Part shown: one piece after another, positions 8,811 to 17,719 of the stretch | Layout: the number at the start of each line of letters is the position of its first letter | Position numbering within the stretch: position 1 is the stretch's first letter | Assembly: GCA_040326155.1 (NCBI GenBank) | Contig: JBEQLE010000059.1 | Span: forward strand, 4,457-28,558 | Direction: 5' to 3' | Length of the DNA: 24,102 bases | From: Leptospirales bacterium | Lineage (GTDB): Bacteria > Spirochaetota > Leptospiria > Turneriellales > JAOUFE01 | The notes under the pieces: generated by a model | What the model saw: only the letters and a program-made list of their open reading frames with translations | The model's database searches: none | Told to the model about the DNA's origin: nothing | Translations under genes and position numbers: made by a program

Positions 8811-10013
8811 ATGAAAAAACAAAATAAAATATATGCTGAGGTGTTAGAACCTTCTGCGATGGAACAATTTGAAAATGCAATGGCGCAACCATTTTCTGTA
8901 AAAGGGGCTTTAATGGCCGATGCACACACGGGTTACTCCATGCCAATCGGTGGTGTTGTAGCCACAAAAGATGCAATTGTGCCAGCGTGGGTTGGTTATG
9001 ATATTGGATGTGGAATGTGCGCCGTACAACTTTCTGTTAATAAAGATGGATTTGATTTTCAAGAAATTTACGATCAAATTTACAGACAAATTCCGGTCGG
9101 GTTTCATCACCACAGCACTAAAAAAACAGTTCCAGATTTGCCACATACCGATGTAGTTGCCAGGGGTTTAAAAAAGGGAGAGTATCAAATTGGAACGCTT
9201 GGCGGCGGTAACCACTTTATTGAAATTGGAGAGGGAAAATCTGGCAGCCTCTGGATTGTAATTCATTCCGGCTCAAGAAATTTAGGACACTTTGTAGCTT
9301 CGTATTATATGAAATTGGCATATATTGAATCTATTGATACGACTGAAATCGGACAAGTTTTTGACGATAAAAAAAATAGTACAATTTTCAAAGAAAAGAA
9401 TCCAGTTGCCTATGCAAAAGCCCGGGAAGAATATATTCAAAAGGAAGTCGAAAAAAGTCATGCCAAATCCAATTTTGAAGGACATTTTCATTTTGATGTA
9501 AATAACGAAAATGGAAAGAATTATATTCTGGATATGCAATATTGTCTAGAGTATGCGCTTCAAAATAGAAAAGCGATGATAGACAAAGTCAAACAGATTA
9601 TGGGTGTAGATAAGGAATTAACATTTATAAACCGAAACCATAACCATGCAGAGTTTGACGGTAAATTCTGGATTCACAGAAAAGGTGCTACTCACGCAGA
9701 AAAAGAGATGTTGGGAGTTATACCAGGCAATATGCGTGATGGTTCTTTTATTGTAAAAGGCAAAGGAAGTGACGACTCTTTGTGTTCAAGTTCGCATGGT
9801 GCCGGAAGAGTTCTTGGGAGAAAACAGGCAAAACGCACACTGTCTATGGACGATTTTAAAGAACAAATGCAGGGAAAATATGCAAAGGTTGTCGATGATA
9901 CTCTGGATGAAGCTCCAAACGCATACAAGAATATTTATGAGGTTATGGAATTACAAAAAGAGTTGGTTGAAATAATTGACCATGTAAAACCCATTGTTAA
10001 TATTAAAGGTTAG
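8811..10013 (+). CDS. rtcB: RNA ligase RtcB family protein
   Basis: All main motifs present: DAHTGYSMPIGGV, VGYDIGCGM, GTLGGGNHFIE, HSGSR, HNH, HRKGAT, IPGNM, SHGAGR and DEAPNAYK. Confidence 0.96.
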   Translation: MKKQNKIYAEVLEPSAMEQFENAMAQPFSVKGALMADAHTGYSMPIGGVVATKDAIVPAWVGYDIGCGMCAVQLSVNKDGFDFQEIYDQIYRQIPVGFHHHSTKKTVPDLPHTDVVARGLKKGEYQIGTLGGGNHFIEIGEGKSGSLWIVIHSGSRNLGHFVASYYMKLAYIESIDTTEIGQVFDDKKNSTIFKEKNPVAYAKAREEYIQKEVEKSHAKSNFEGHFHFDVNNENGKNYILDMQYCLEYALQNRKAMIDKVKQIMGVDKELTFINRNHNHAEFDGKFWIHRKGATHAEKEMLGVIPGNMRDGSFIVKGKGSDDSLCSSSHGAGRVLGRKQAKRTLSMDDFKEQMQGKYAKVVDDTLDEAPNAYKNIYEVMELQKELVEIIDHVKPIVNIKG

Positions 10014-10055
10014 CGCTGAAATAACTTTCCCCGGATTCAATTTTTATAAAATAAT

Positions 10056-10625
10056 TTATACCAGGACCGGCGTGCGAGAATTATCGGGGGACTTTTCGAG
10101 GGAGGGTTGGGGATTAATCTGGTTCATGAAATCTCGCAGATCTTCTTTCGTTTTTTTAGATAGAAGGTTTTCGAGCTCTATTATTCCTTCGTCGCTGATG
10201 GCAAAGGGCATATAGTGGTATAGTACCTGTCTCCCTTCGCACTGGGCGGCCAGCTGGTACTCTTTGCAATCGCGGATGGGTTTTGCGGTGCAAAGACAAT
10301 ATTCGGTCCATTTATCGAATTTATTCTGAAATTTTTCGGTAAAGGTTTTCTGGCGCAGATTAAAGTCTACTCGGTTGTCAAAATAGTTTTCAAAATTTTT
10401 ACGTGATTCAATGGAGTATAATTCGCCAATGCCTTTTTGATAGCATTCAAGGCAGATGGCAAAATCCATGAGAATATCGTTTTGTGAAATTGCTTTTTCA
10501 ATAATATACTGGATTCCCTCATCGAGTAAAAATCGGTCGCATAAAGGGCAGTGTGTGTGCGGTTCGCCGGTTGCGGCGTTGTATAATATCTCGGGGATAT
10601 CAGAGTAGTGTTCACAAATTTCCAT
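10056..10625 (-). CDS. Hypothetical Cys-rich protein (possible Zn binding)
   Basis: 189-aa ORF from MEICEHY with CPLC, CLEC and CLC...C. No family recognised. Confidence 0.7.
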   Translation of the reverse strand: MEICEHYSDIPEILYNAATGEPHTHCPLCDRFLLDEGIQYIIEKAISQNDILMDFAICLECYQKGIGELYSIESRKNFENYFDNRVDFNLRQKTFTEKFQNKFDKWTEYCLCTAKPIRDCKEYQLAAQCEGRQVLYHYMPFAISDEGIIELENLLSKKTKEDLRDFMNQINPQPSLEKSPDNSRTPVLV

Positions 10626-10745
10626 AATAAATGTCGTCCGGACGGAGTCCTTGTTTTTTGATATCGTTTTTAGTGATAAGTACGAGGTCAACGATTAATC
10701 TTTATGTAAGCCTTTAAAACAGTGATGATTACAATATTAATATGC

Positions 10746-10974
10746 TTCACCGGGAATTCAATTTGCTTCGCTTTGATGGGTAAGCAGAAATATCACATTG
10801 AAAAACAGGAATTGACTTCCGGTGAATCCTGCATGGGCAACCCAACCCAATGTCATGCTTTTCGTATGCTGCACTCCTGCTTGCCAGGTTATTCACCGTT
10901 ACGCACTATAATAATGGCGGAAGCAAGGGGTTATGTGTTATAATAGTGGCATTATTGCCTGTTTCCCATAACAA
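10746..10974. other. Structured intergenic segment, candidate ncRNA or regulatory leader
   Basis: Several nested or alternative inverted repeats: 10746-10762/10811-10826, 10820-10831/10885-10898 and 10803-10809/10968-10974. No Rfam family recognised. Confidence 0.3.
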
Positions 10975-11092
10975 ACACAATAATTTCTTAAAATAACTTG
11001 ACATTATGCGCAATCATTTTATATGTGTTTTATCTCGCCAATAATTTTGGTGATAAATACGGATTATAATAAAATAGAGTGAGGTTGTTTCA

Positions 11093-14000
11093 ATGGAATA
11101 TTTAAAGTATGTAAGCCGGATAACGGCATTTGTTTTAGTTGTTTTGCCGGGGGCAATATTTGGGGCGGTGAATTCAAACGGTTCATTCTCTCATAGTGTA
11201 AAAATTGAGATACCGGAAGGAAGAAATAAAATGCACCCTTCTGTGAGTTTAGTGTATAATTCTAATGGCAGTAATGGACTGGCTGGTATTGGGTGGTCGA
11301 TTAGTGGCATACCCGCCATCAGTCGTCAAGTGGGAAATAACGGCTTACAGTATCACGGTAATGGAACGTATTTTGGAATTCAAGGTGAACTTGTCGATGT
11401 TTCTGGGGACCAAACCGTTTTTCACAGCAAAGAAGAATCTTATTATAAATATGAACCAATATATGGAACTTGTGGATTAGAACCAAAGGAACCATGTGGA
11501 TGGAAAGTAACAGCTCCAAATGGATATATTATGTATTTTGGTCAAGATGTAGACGGTAAGACCGGGAATTCCAGTATACTGGCAGATAACGGACTTGGAT
11601 ATATAAAATGGGGAATGAGAATGGTCGTTGACTTACATGGTAACGCCGTTGTCTATGAATATGATAACTCAGACGGTTTACTTCTTCCTGAAAGAATCTT
11701 ATACACAATCGGCCAGAGCACATCACGACTTCGTTCCGTTACTTTTCAGTACGAACCTCGAAACGATATAGAAAATCGATTTTTAAGTGGTGCTTACCAA
11801 ACCATGTCTAAGAGATTGAAGTCAGTTCAAGTCTCGAGTAATGTATATTGTGTTTTGGGATTTTGTACAAGTGGCGATTTAATACGTAAATATAATATTC
11901 ATTATAACTACAGCTCTTCTACAGGCAGAAGTGCTGTAACAAGAATTCAAGAGACAGGAAAAGATGGTGTTACATTAAAGCCCGCTCAAGATTTTATATG
12001 GTCTCACTCTACTGTGGATATTTCTGAAGCGAACACAAGAAACCTGGCCGGTGAATACTCTAATTCTAAAGCTTCAGATATAAACGGTGATGGGTTGACA
12101 GATTTTATACGCTATCATGATACAGGAACTCAGACAAATATTGCGTATAGTATAACAAGTACAAATGGCTCAGAAAATCAGTCCGAGAATTTTGCTTTTA
12201 GTTTAACTGGCTGGGAACTTAAGATTGCAGACATGAATGGGGACGGCAAAGGCGACCTTATTTTCGCAAAAGGAACTTCAGTTAAATATGCTTTATGGAA
12301 TGATATTTCGTGGGGAACCCTGGTTGACGCTCGTGTTGGAGATGAAAACGCCGTCGGATGGCAAATAAACGCAAGCGATTTAAACAAAGATGGTTTAACT
12401 GATCTGTTATATTATTACAATTATTATCCGGATCATGAAACGGCTTGCACGACATGCCAAAATAAAACTTCTATCCAGGTTCAAAAAAATACAGGGCAGG
12501 GTTTTGAAACTGCGCTGACTGTTTTTGATGATGCAACCCTTAATGCACAATGGAATTTTAGTGTTGTAAACTTAAACGAAGATTATGACGCCGACATAGT
12601 TTTATTTAATATGATAGATGGTATAAATGTAAAATATCTGCTCAGCCAAAACGGAGGTTTTGCGCCAATTGCGCAAGCATACCAGGTTTCGGACCCGGAT
12701 AATTATTGGCAGGTAATTCCGGCTGATTATAATGGGGATGGCAAGACAGACCTTATCTATATGAAACAAGATTATAATCCTGATACTAAAGACAATCAAA
12801 TTACATTTGGATTGCAAATAGACAATGGAGCAGGGTTTAATAGTTTTAACGAGATTAAAATTTTAGCAAAAAACGGATATTATACGCTATATCCTTTAGA
12901 TATTAACTCAGACCGGCGAGCCGATTTGTTAATAAAGGACAATAAAGACGACAAATGTGATATCGACTATACTTTATTAGAAAATCGTGCAAGTGGATTT
13001 ACTCCCGAACAAAACTATAAAATCCAAGAAAGCCTGGGAGGTGATTGTAGTTTATCTATAAAATTAGGTGAGTTTAATGGAGATGGGACAATTGATATTA
13101 TTCACACTGTATCTGATGGAACAAATGAAGTAAAGATGTTATCTGGTGCAGGTACACAGGCAATTGCAAGTGATAAAATATTTGAAATTAGAAATAATAT
13201 TGGTAGCATACAAAAAGTTTACTATGAAACATTGGTAGAGCATGCCGGGGCTATTGATTTGCAAACGAATCAATGTGGCGGCGCAAGTGGTGTCGGTTAT
13301 TTCGCACCATGTGGTATAGCGTATAAGAATCCAGGATTTTTGGTGAACAAGATCTCGGTTTCCGATGGCCGGGAAAATGAATTTTTCGTCAGTTTTCTTT
13401 ATTTCAACCAGCGGTTTAAACCGGGCAGGGGAAGTCAGGGTAAAGCTTTGGGATTTCAAACCTTTACTACAATTGATGAATTCGTAGGTAGTTATAATGT
13501 AAAAAATTTCCGACAAGATTCAAGTTATGCAAAAATGTTCGATTATGAAGAAGAGTATAATGCGAACAATCAATTAATGAGTCGTAAGTCATTTATTTAT
13601 TCACAAGATCATTCTACTATTTTCCAGGGTACTGAAAAAACGATCATGGAAAAAGAAGTATTTAAATTGTATGAAGCAGGACAATTTTCTTTAAGCAATA
13701 CAAAAGTATACAACTACAACGATTATGGGCAGGCTGTTTCCGCTATCGATATTGCTACAGGGACAGAAACAGTAGAGTTCGAATATAAATATGAAATGGA
13801 TCTAAATTTATGGATTCTTGATCGTAAAATTGAAGAAAAGCAAATAGTACAGGGTACCGTTTTAAAATGGGATAAATTTACTTATGCAAACCACAACATG
13901 GTTTTAGAAGAACGGTATTTGAATACAACTGATTCATTTTTGTCGACAACATTTGGTTATGACGAATATGGGAATATAATTCAAAAAACAGATACAAATG

Positions 14001-17000
14001 GCAATTCTACAAGTGTTAAATATGACACTGAATATTTTACACTACCTTTCCAGGAAGTCAATGCTCTGGGGCACACCATTACTTATGAATATGATCCATT
14101 GTATATTGCGCCTTTGTCTTTAACGGATAATAATGGAAATGTTACGACAAGTGAATATGACAGCTTTTATCGACTTGTAAAGTTAATCTATCCTGGCGGT
14201 CAGTATTCTAAAGCGGTCGATTATATGCCAAATGAAGGAAATCCAAATGAACAATATATTGAAGTTCGATATACAGATAGTTCACCGGAAGGTTTTAGTT
14301 ATGTGCGTCACTATTATGACGGACTTACCAGAATTTACAATAAAGCTGCCAAGGGCGTAATCTTAGAAGAAAATGGAAATATTGTACATCGTGACGTTGT
14401 CACTGAATACGAGTTTTTTGGTCGGGGTAACGAAGATTATAATAAGATTTCTTTCCCTTACGTTCAAGGGCTTCAGGAACCGGCTTATAAAACATTCCAG
14501 TATGACTCTTATGGAAGAATGACAAAAATCGTAAGTCCGAACGGGACCTCTTCGCGTATAGTTTACAAAAACAACGAATTGGAACAATACGATGCGAACA
14601 ATAATATGGGTCGGGTAGTTGTTGATGCACGGGGCAGGGATATAGTTCGAGAAAACTATAAAGGATCCACTTTACTTTCCAGTATAGAGTATACATATCA
14701 GTCTTTAAAGCAAATTACAAAAGAAGCTGATGGGCATATTTCTACGGTTACATATGATACCCTGGAACGGACGAATAAAATTGAAGATGATACGACCGGA
14801 ATATGGAGATTTAAGCAAGATGCCAATGGTAATTTAATTGAGCAAATGGACCCGATGGGTCAAAAAACATACAAGCAGTATGACGCTTTAAATCGCATGG
14901 TACGTAAATCGTATAGCGGCAATTCTCACGACGACGACGATGATGATGAATCTGATTCAGATGATGAACATGAAGACCATGCGGACGACGACGACGATGA
15001 TCACTTTGCATTTACCAATAACACAATTTTCGGCAACCCTCATTTTGGACGTAACAAATCTACATATTATGTGTATGATGATGTTACTCAAGCCAACTCC
15101 ATTGGTAAATTAAGTCATGTATATGACGCCTCCGGAAAAACAAGTTACAGTTATGACGTACGCGGCAATTTGAATAACATGATAAAAGAAATTGGTACTC
15201 AACAATTTGCTTTTTCAGCCAAATACAATGGAGAAAAAAAAGTAACTCAGGTTACTTATCCAGATGGTTCCACTATAGGAAATATCTATAGCAATGCAGG
15301 TTATTTACGCCAGGTTCGTTGGTATGATGCAAAAGAGCAAGGTGATGGACACCCTGTCGTAACTTATGCTGGTCCAGATAAGGACTATAAATTGGTACGA
15401 ATCTTAGGAAACGGCGGTAAAGATATTATCACTTACAATCCGCTGACTTTAAAACCGGATAGTGTTCAAACCATATTAAAAGATACAGATGGAGAGAACA
15501 TTGTCGTGCGTGATATTGACTACGAAATGGACGGCAACGGTAACATGTTATCGATTAAAGATAATTTGAACCTTGAGTCTTCGCAGTTCTTTCAGTACGA
15601 TGGTTTGGATCGTGTTGTTGGCGCACAAGGCGCATACGGAATAAAGAACTACCAGTATTCACCAGGTGGCAATTTATTAGTTAAAGGTCAGAAACAACTT
15701 TTCTATGAAGATAAACTTCATCCACAAAGTGTTACTTCTGATAGTCTGGGCAATGCGTACAATTATGATGAAAATGGAAGTCTGGTAAAACATAATGATC
15801 GTATTTTTAAATACAACAAAGATCGCCAGATGGTTCAAGTTAATCGGAAAAAAGAAGGTAAAATTGCCGAGTTTATTTATGGCCATAACGAAAACCGGGC
15901 AGTGAAAAAAACAAAAAACGGTAGCTTAATTTACTATTTTCACTTTTTATCGAATACAGAGCCATTATTTGAAATTCAAGTTTTTGATAAAGGTCACAAG
16001 AAAAAAAGCCACGGTAATGGTAATGGTAACGGTTATGACCAGGAAGACGAGTATGAGAAGCCGGGTATAATGCATACCAACTATGTATATGGAATGTATA
16101 ATGAATTGGTCGCTCAGGTGACAAAAAGTTCAACGAGCTTATTAGCTTTAAGTAAAACTTCCGATGCAGTGGCTGTCGAAATGGTAAATGCAAATGGCCC
16201 GGTCGGTTGGACTCAAAAAGCATTCATGATTTCGGCGATATGGTTTACTGACATTGGGAATATAAAAAATTCGGTGTTGGCATTTTTCTTTTTAGCGATT
16301 ACCATGTTTTACATTGTTTTTACTTACCAGTCCATAGCAAAACGAGCTGCCCGTCAATTGGGTCTAGCTAGAAAAATATACTATTTCAGTACGCCGATTA
16401 TTTTTACTGCCTTTTTCTGGTTTTATGGAGCCGGCTGCGGCGTCATCAATGAGGCAGGCGCTACAGATGCAGAATATTGGGAAACGATACCGTCCCATAT
16501 TCCGGAGGATATCAGCGATGTCAGCGAGCCTTCCGGGAATTCGGAAGTGGCTGAGCATGGAGGTTTTCCTGTGCTGGGTGCATACTTTTTTCATCCCGAT
16601 CATCTTGGCAGCGTTCGATTTGTCAGTGATGCCAGTGGTAGTTTGTTGACGCATATAAACTATACTCCCTATGGTGAAATCGACCGGGAGCAATCTGCCG
16701 GTCCCGATATTTTACGCCACAAATACACCCACCAGGAGGAAGATCGGGAAACCGGACTCTACAATTACAATGCCAGAATGTATGACTCAAATTCTGGAAG
16801 ATTTACGAGCGCCGACACGGAACTTCCTGGAGAAGGGAAAATGTCTCAAGGATTTAACAGGTATATGTATGCTATGGGCAATCCGGTAAAATATAGCGAC
16901 CCAACCGGGCATTGCTTTGCAGCGGGAGATACTGACGTTGGCGGTTCTTGTTCAACCGTTCCTGGTCATAACTATACTGGACCTACGAAAAGACAGGCCA

Positions 17001-17560
17001 ATAGTATGGGGACTTGCGTCTCGGCTATTGATTGTATCTCTCGCGGCCATGATAATGCAAATGCTGCTCTTTTTCCGGGTTTAAATCCTGGAAAACCGCT
17101 GGGCCAGGGTACTGGGGCTAACATATCAATGTTAATGAATAATATAACGGCTGATGTATTGTGGATTGTGGGGGGAGCGTTGGCAATCACACCACTTGGT
17201 TTTGTTTATGATGTTGTCGCCGGGGCAAATTGGTTTAGTGAAAATACACCTCAACCGGCTTCTGGGGATATCGTAGGTTGGATTGCTTATGGTATTGCGG
17301 GGGTTCTTGTTACAGCTGTATATGCTATTGCCGCTTTTGTATACGATACAGTCATTTTTGCCCTGGGACGGGTACTGTTTGCAATCAATATAGCTTTCTC
17401 AGCCGTTCTACTGGCTATGAATGTTATAGTCGGTTTTATCGACGGTATAGGTAAATTCTTTACGGACCCGCTAGCAACAATCAATGCCTTTGTTGATGAA
17501 GTGGACGATTTCTTTACCGGTATTGGTGACGCCATAGAAGACTTTTTCACTGGCTGGTGA
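11093..17560 (+). CDS. Secreted SpvB/FG-GAP/YD-repeat Rhs protein (fused TcB-TcC-like) with PLA2-like C-terminal cargo
   Basis: Sec-like signal, then SpvB-like NGSFSHSVKIEIPEG...SLVYNS...GIGWS. Multiple D.NGDG..D FG-GAP repeats and YD repeats. Rhs core motifs HPDHLGS, YTPYGE, YTHQEEDRETGLYNYNARMYD and NRYMYAMGNPVKYSDPTG. GAGG RBS upstream. Confidence 0.93.
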   Translation: MEYLKYVSRITAFVLVVLPGAIFGAVNSNGSFSHSVKIEIPEGRNKMHPSVSLVYNSNGSNGLAGIGWSISGIPAISRQVGNNGLQYHGNGTYFGIQGELVDVSGDQTVFHSKEESYYKYEPIYGTCGLEPKEPCGWKVTAPNGYIMYFGQDVDGKTGNSSILADNGLGYIKWGMRMVVDLHGNAVVYEYDNSDGLLLPERILYTIGQSTSRLRSVTFQYEPRNDIENRFLSGAYQTMSKRLKSVQVSSNVYCVLGFCTSGDLIRKYNIHYNYSSSTGRSAVTRIQETGKDGVTLKPAQDFIWSHSTVDISEANTRNLAGEYSNSKASDINGDGLTDFIRYHDTGTQTNIAYSITSTNGSENQSENFAFSLTGWELKIADMNGDGKGDLIFAKGTSVKYALWNDISWGTLVDARVGDENAVGWQINASDLNKDGLTDLLYYYNYYPDHETACTTCQNKTSIQVQKNTGQGFETALTVFDDATLNAQWNFSVVNLNEDYDADIVLFNMIDGINVKYLLSQNGGFAPIAQAYQVSDPDNYWQVIPADYNGDGKTDLIYMKQDYNPDTKDNQITFGLQIDNGAGFNSFNEIKILAKNGYYTLYPLDINSDRRADLLIKDNKDDKCDIDYTLLENRASGFTPEQNYKIQESLGGDCSLSIKLGEFNGDGTIDIIHTVSDGTNEVKMLSGAGTQAIASDKIFEIRNNIGSIQKVYYETLVEHAGAIDLQTNQCGGASGVGYFAPCGIAYKNPGFLVNKISVSDGRENEFFVSFLYFNQRFKPGRGSQGKALGFQTFTTIDEFVGSYNVKNFRQDSSYAKMFDYEEEYNANNQLMSRKSFIYSQDHSTIFQGTEKTIMEKEVFKLYEAGQFSLSNTKVYNYNDYGQAVSAIDIATGTETVEFEYKYEMDLNLWILDRKIEEKQIVQGTVLKWDKFTYANHNMVLEERYLNTTDSFLSTTFGYDEYGNIIQKTDTNGNSTSVKYDTEYFTLPFQEVNALGHTITYEYDPLYIAPLSLTDNNGNVTTSEYDSFYRLVKLIYPGGQYSKAVDYMPNEGNPNEQYIEVRYTDSSPEGFSYVRHYYDGLTRIYNKAAKGVILEENGNIVHRDVVTEYEFFGRGNEDYNKISFPYVQGLQEPAYKTFQYDSYGRMTKIVSPNGTSSRIVYKNNELEQYDANNNMGRVVVDARGRDIVRENYKGSTLLSSIEYTYQSLKQITKEADGHISTVTYDTLERTNKIEDDTTGIWRFKQDANGNLIEQMDPMGQKTYKQYDALNRMVRKSYSGNSHDDDDDDESDSDDEHEDHADDDDDDHFAFTNNTIFGNPHFGRNKSTYYVYDDVTQANSIGKLSHVYDASGKTSYSYDVRGNLNNMIKEIGTQQFAFSAKYNGEKKVTQVTYPDGSTIGNIYSNAGYLRQVRWYDAKEQGDGHPVVTYAGPDKDYKLVRILGNGGKDIITYNPLTLKPDSVQTILKDTDGENIVVRDIDYEMDGNGNMLSIKDNLNLESSQFFQYDGLDRVVGAQGAYGIKNYQYSPGGNLLVKGQKQLFYEDKLHPQSVTSDSLGNAYNYDENGSLVKHNDRIFKYNKDRQMVQVNRKKEGKIAEFIYGHNENRAVKKTKNGSLIYYFHFLSNTEPLFEIQVFDKGHKKKSHGNGNGNGYDQEDEYEKPGIMHTNYVYGMYNELVAQVTKSSTSLLALSKTSDAVAVEMVNANGPVGWTQKAFMISAIWFTDIGNIKNSVLAFFFLAITMFYIVFTYQSIAKRAARQLGLARKIYYFSTPIIFTAFFWFYGAGCGVINEAGATDAEYWETIPSHIPEDISDVSEPSGNSEVAEHGGFPVLGAYFFHPDHLGSVRFVSDASGSLLTHINYTPYGEIDREQSAGPDILRHKYTHQEEDRETGLYNYNARMYDSNSGRFTSADTELPGEGKMSQGFNRYMYAMGNPVKYSDPTGHCFAAGDTDVGGSCSTVPGHNYTGPTKRQANSMGTCVSAIDCISRGHDNANAALFPGLNPGKPLGQGTGANISMLMNNITADVLWIVGGALAITPLGFVYDVVAGANWFSENTPQPASGDIVGWIAYGIAGVLVTAVYAIAAFVYDTVIFALGRVLFAINIAFSAVLLAMNVIVGFIDGIGKFFTDPLATINAFVDEVDDFFTGIGDAIEDFFTGW

Positions 17561-17583
17561 GAATCAGCGTTTATAATCGGTCT

Positions 17584-17679
17584 ATGGTAAAAAGATATAA
17601 AGTCTTATTAGCACTTTTCTCTTTCATGGTTCCCCTCTTTATGGCAACGGCTGTAGAGAAGGGGACCCATGAGCATTAG
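17584..17679 (+). CDS. Possible 31-aa hydrophobic peptide (MVKRYKVLLALFSFMVPLFMATAVEKGTHEH)
   Basis: Small ORF between the Rhs and radical SAM genes. No clear RBS, and it overlaps a hairpin, so it may be spurious. Confidence 0.2.
   Translation: MVKRYKVLLALFSFMVPLFMATAVEKGTHEH
17624..17672 (+). other. Long RNA hairpin between the Rhs and radical SAM genes
   Basis: TCATGGTTCCCCTCTTTATGGC-AACG-GCTGTAGAGAAGGGGACCCATGA forms about 21 pairs including G-U. No immediate U-tract. Confidence 0.6.
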
Positions 17680-17719
17680 GTTTTACTGACGAACTATTAT
17701 TCGTTATTCTGGATCAACA

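Noticed and set aside
1922..10013. LOG, MazG and RtcB as an anti-phage defence island
   Set aside because: They look like canonical housekeeping versions, are not in one operon and are interleaved with purL, ubiA and ubiX.
10800..10930. Cobalamin riboswitch (AGGAA...CGGTGAATCC...GGAAG fragments)
   Set aside because: The CCCC..ACTGT and B12-box elements are missing. Kept only as an unassigned structured region.
10722..10943. 73-aa ORF in the Rhs upstream region
   Set aside because: No RBS or recognisable domain, and it overlaps the inverted-repeat region.
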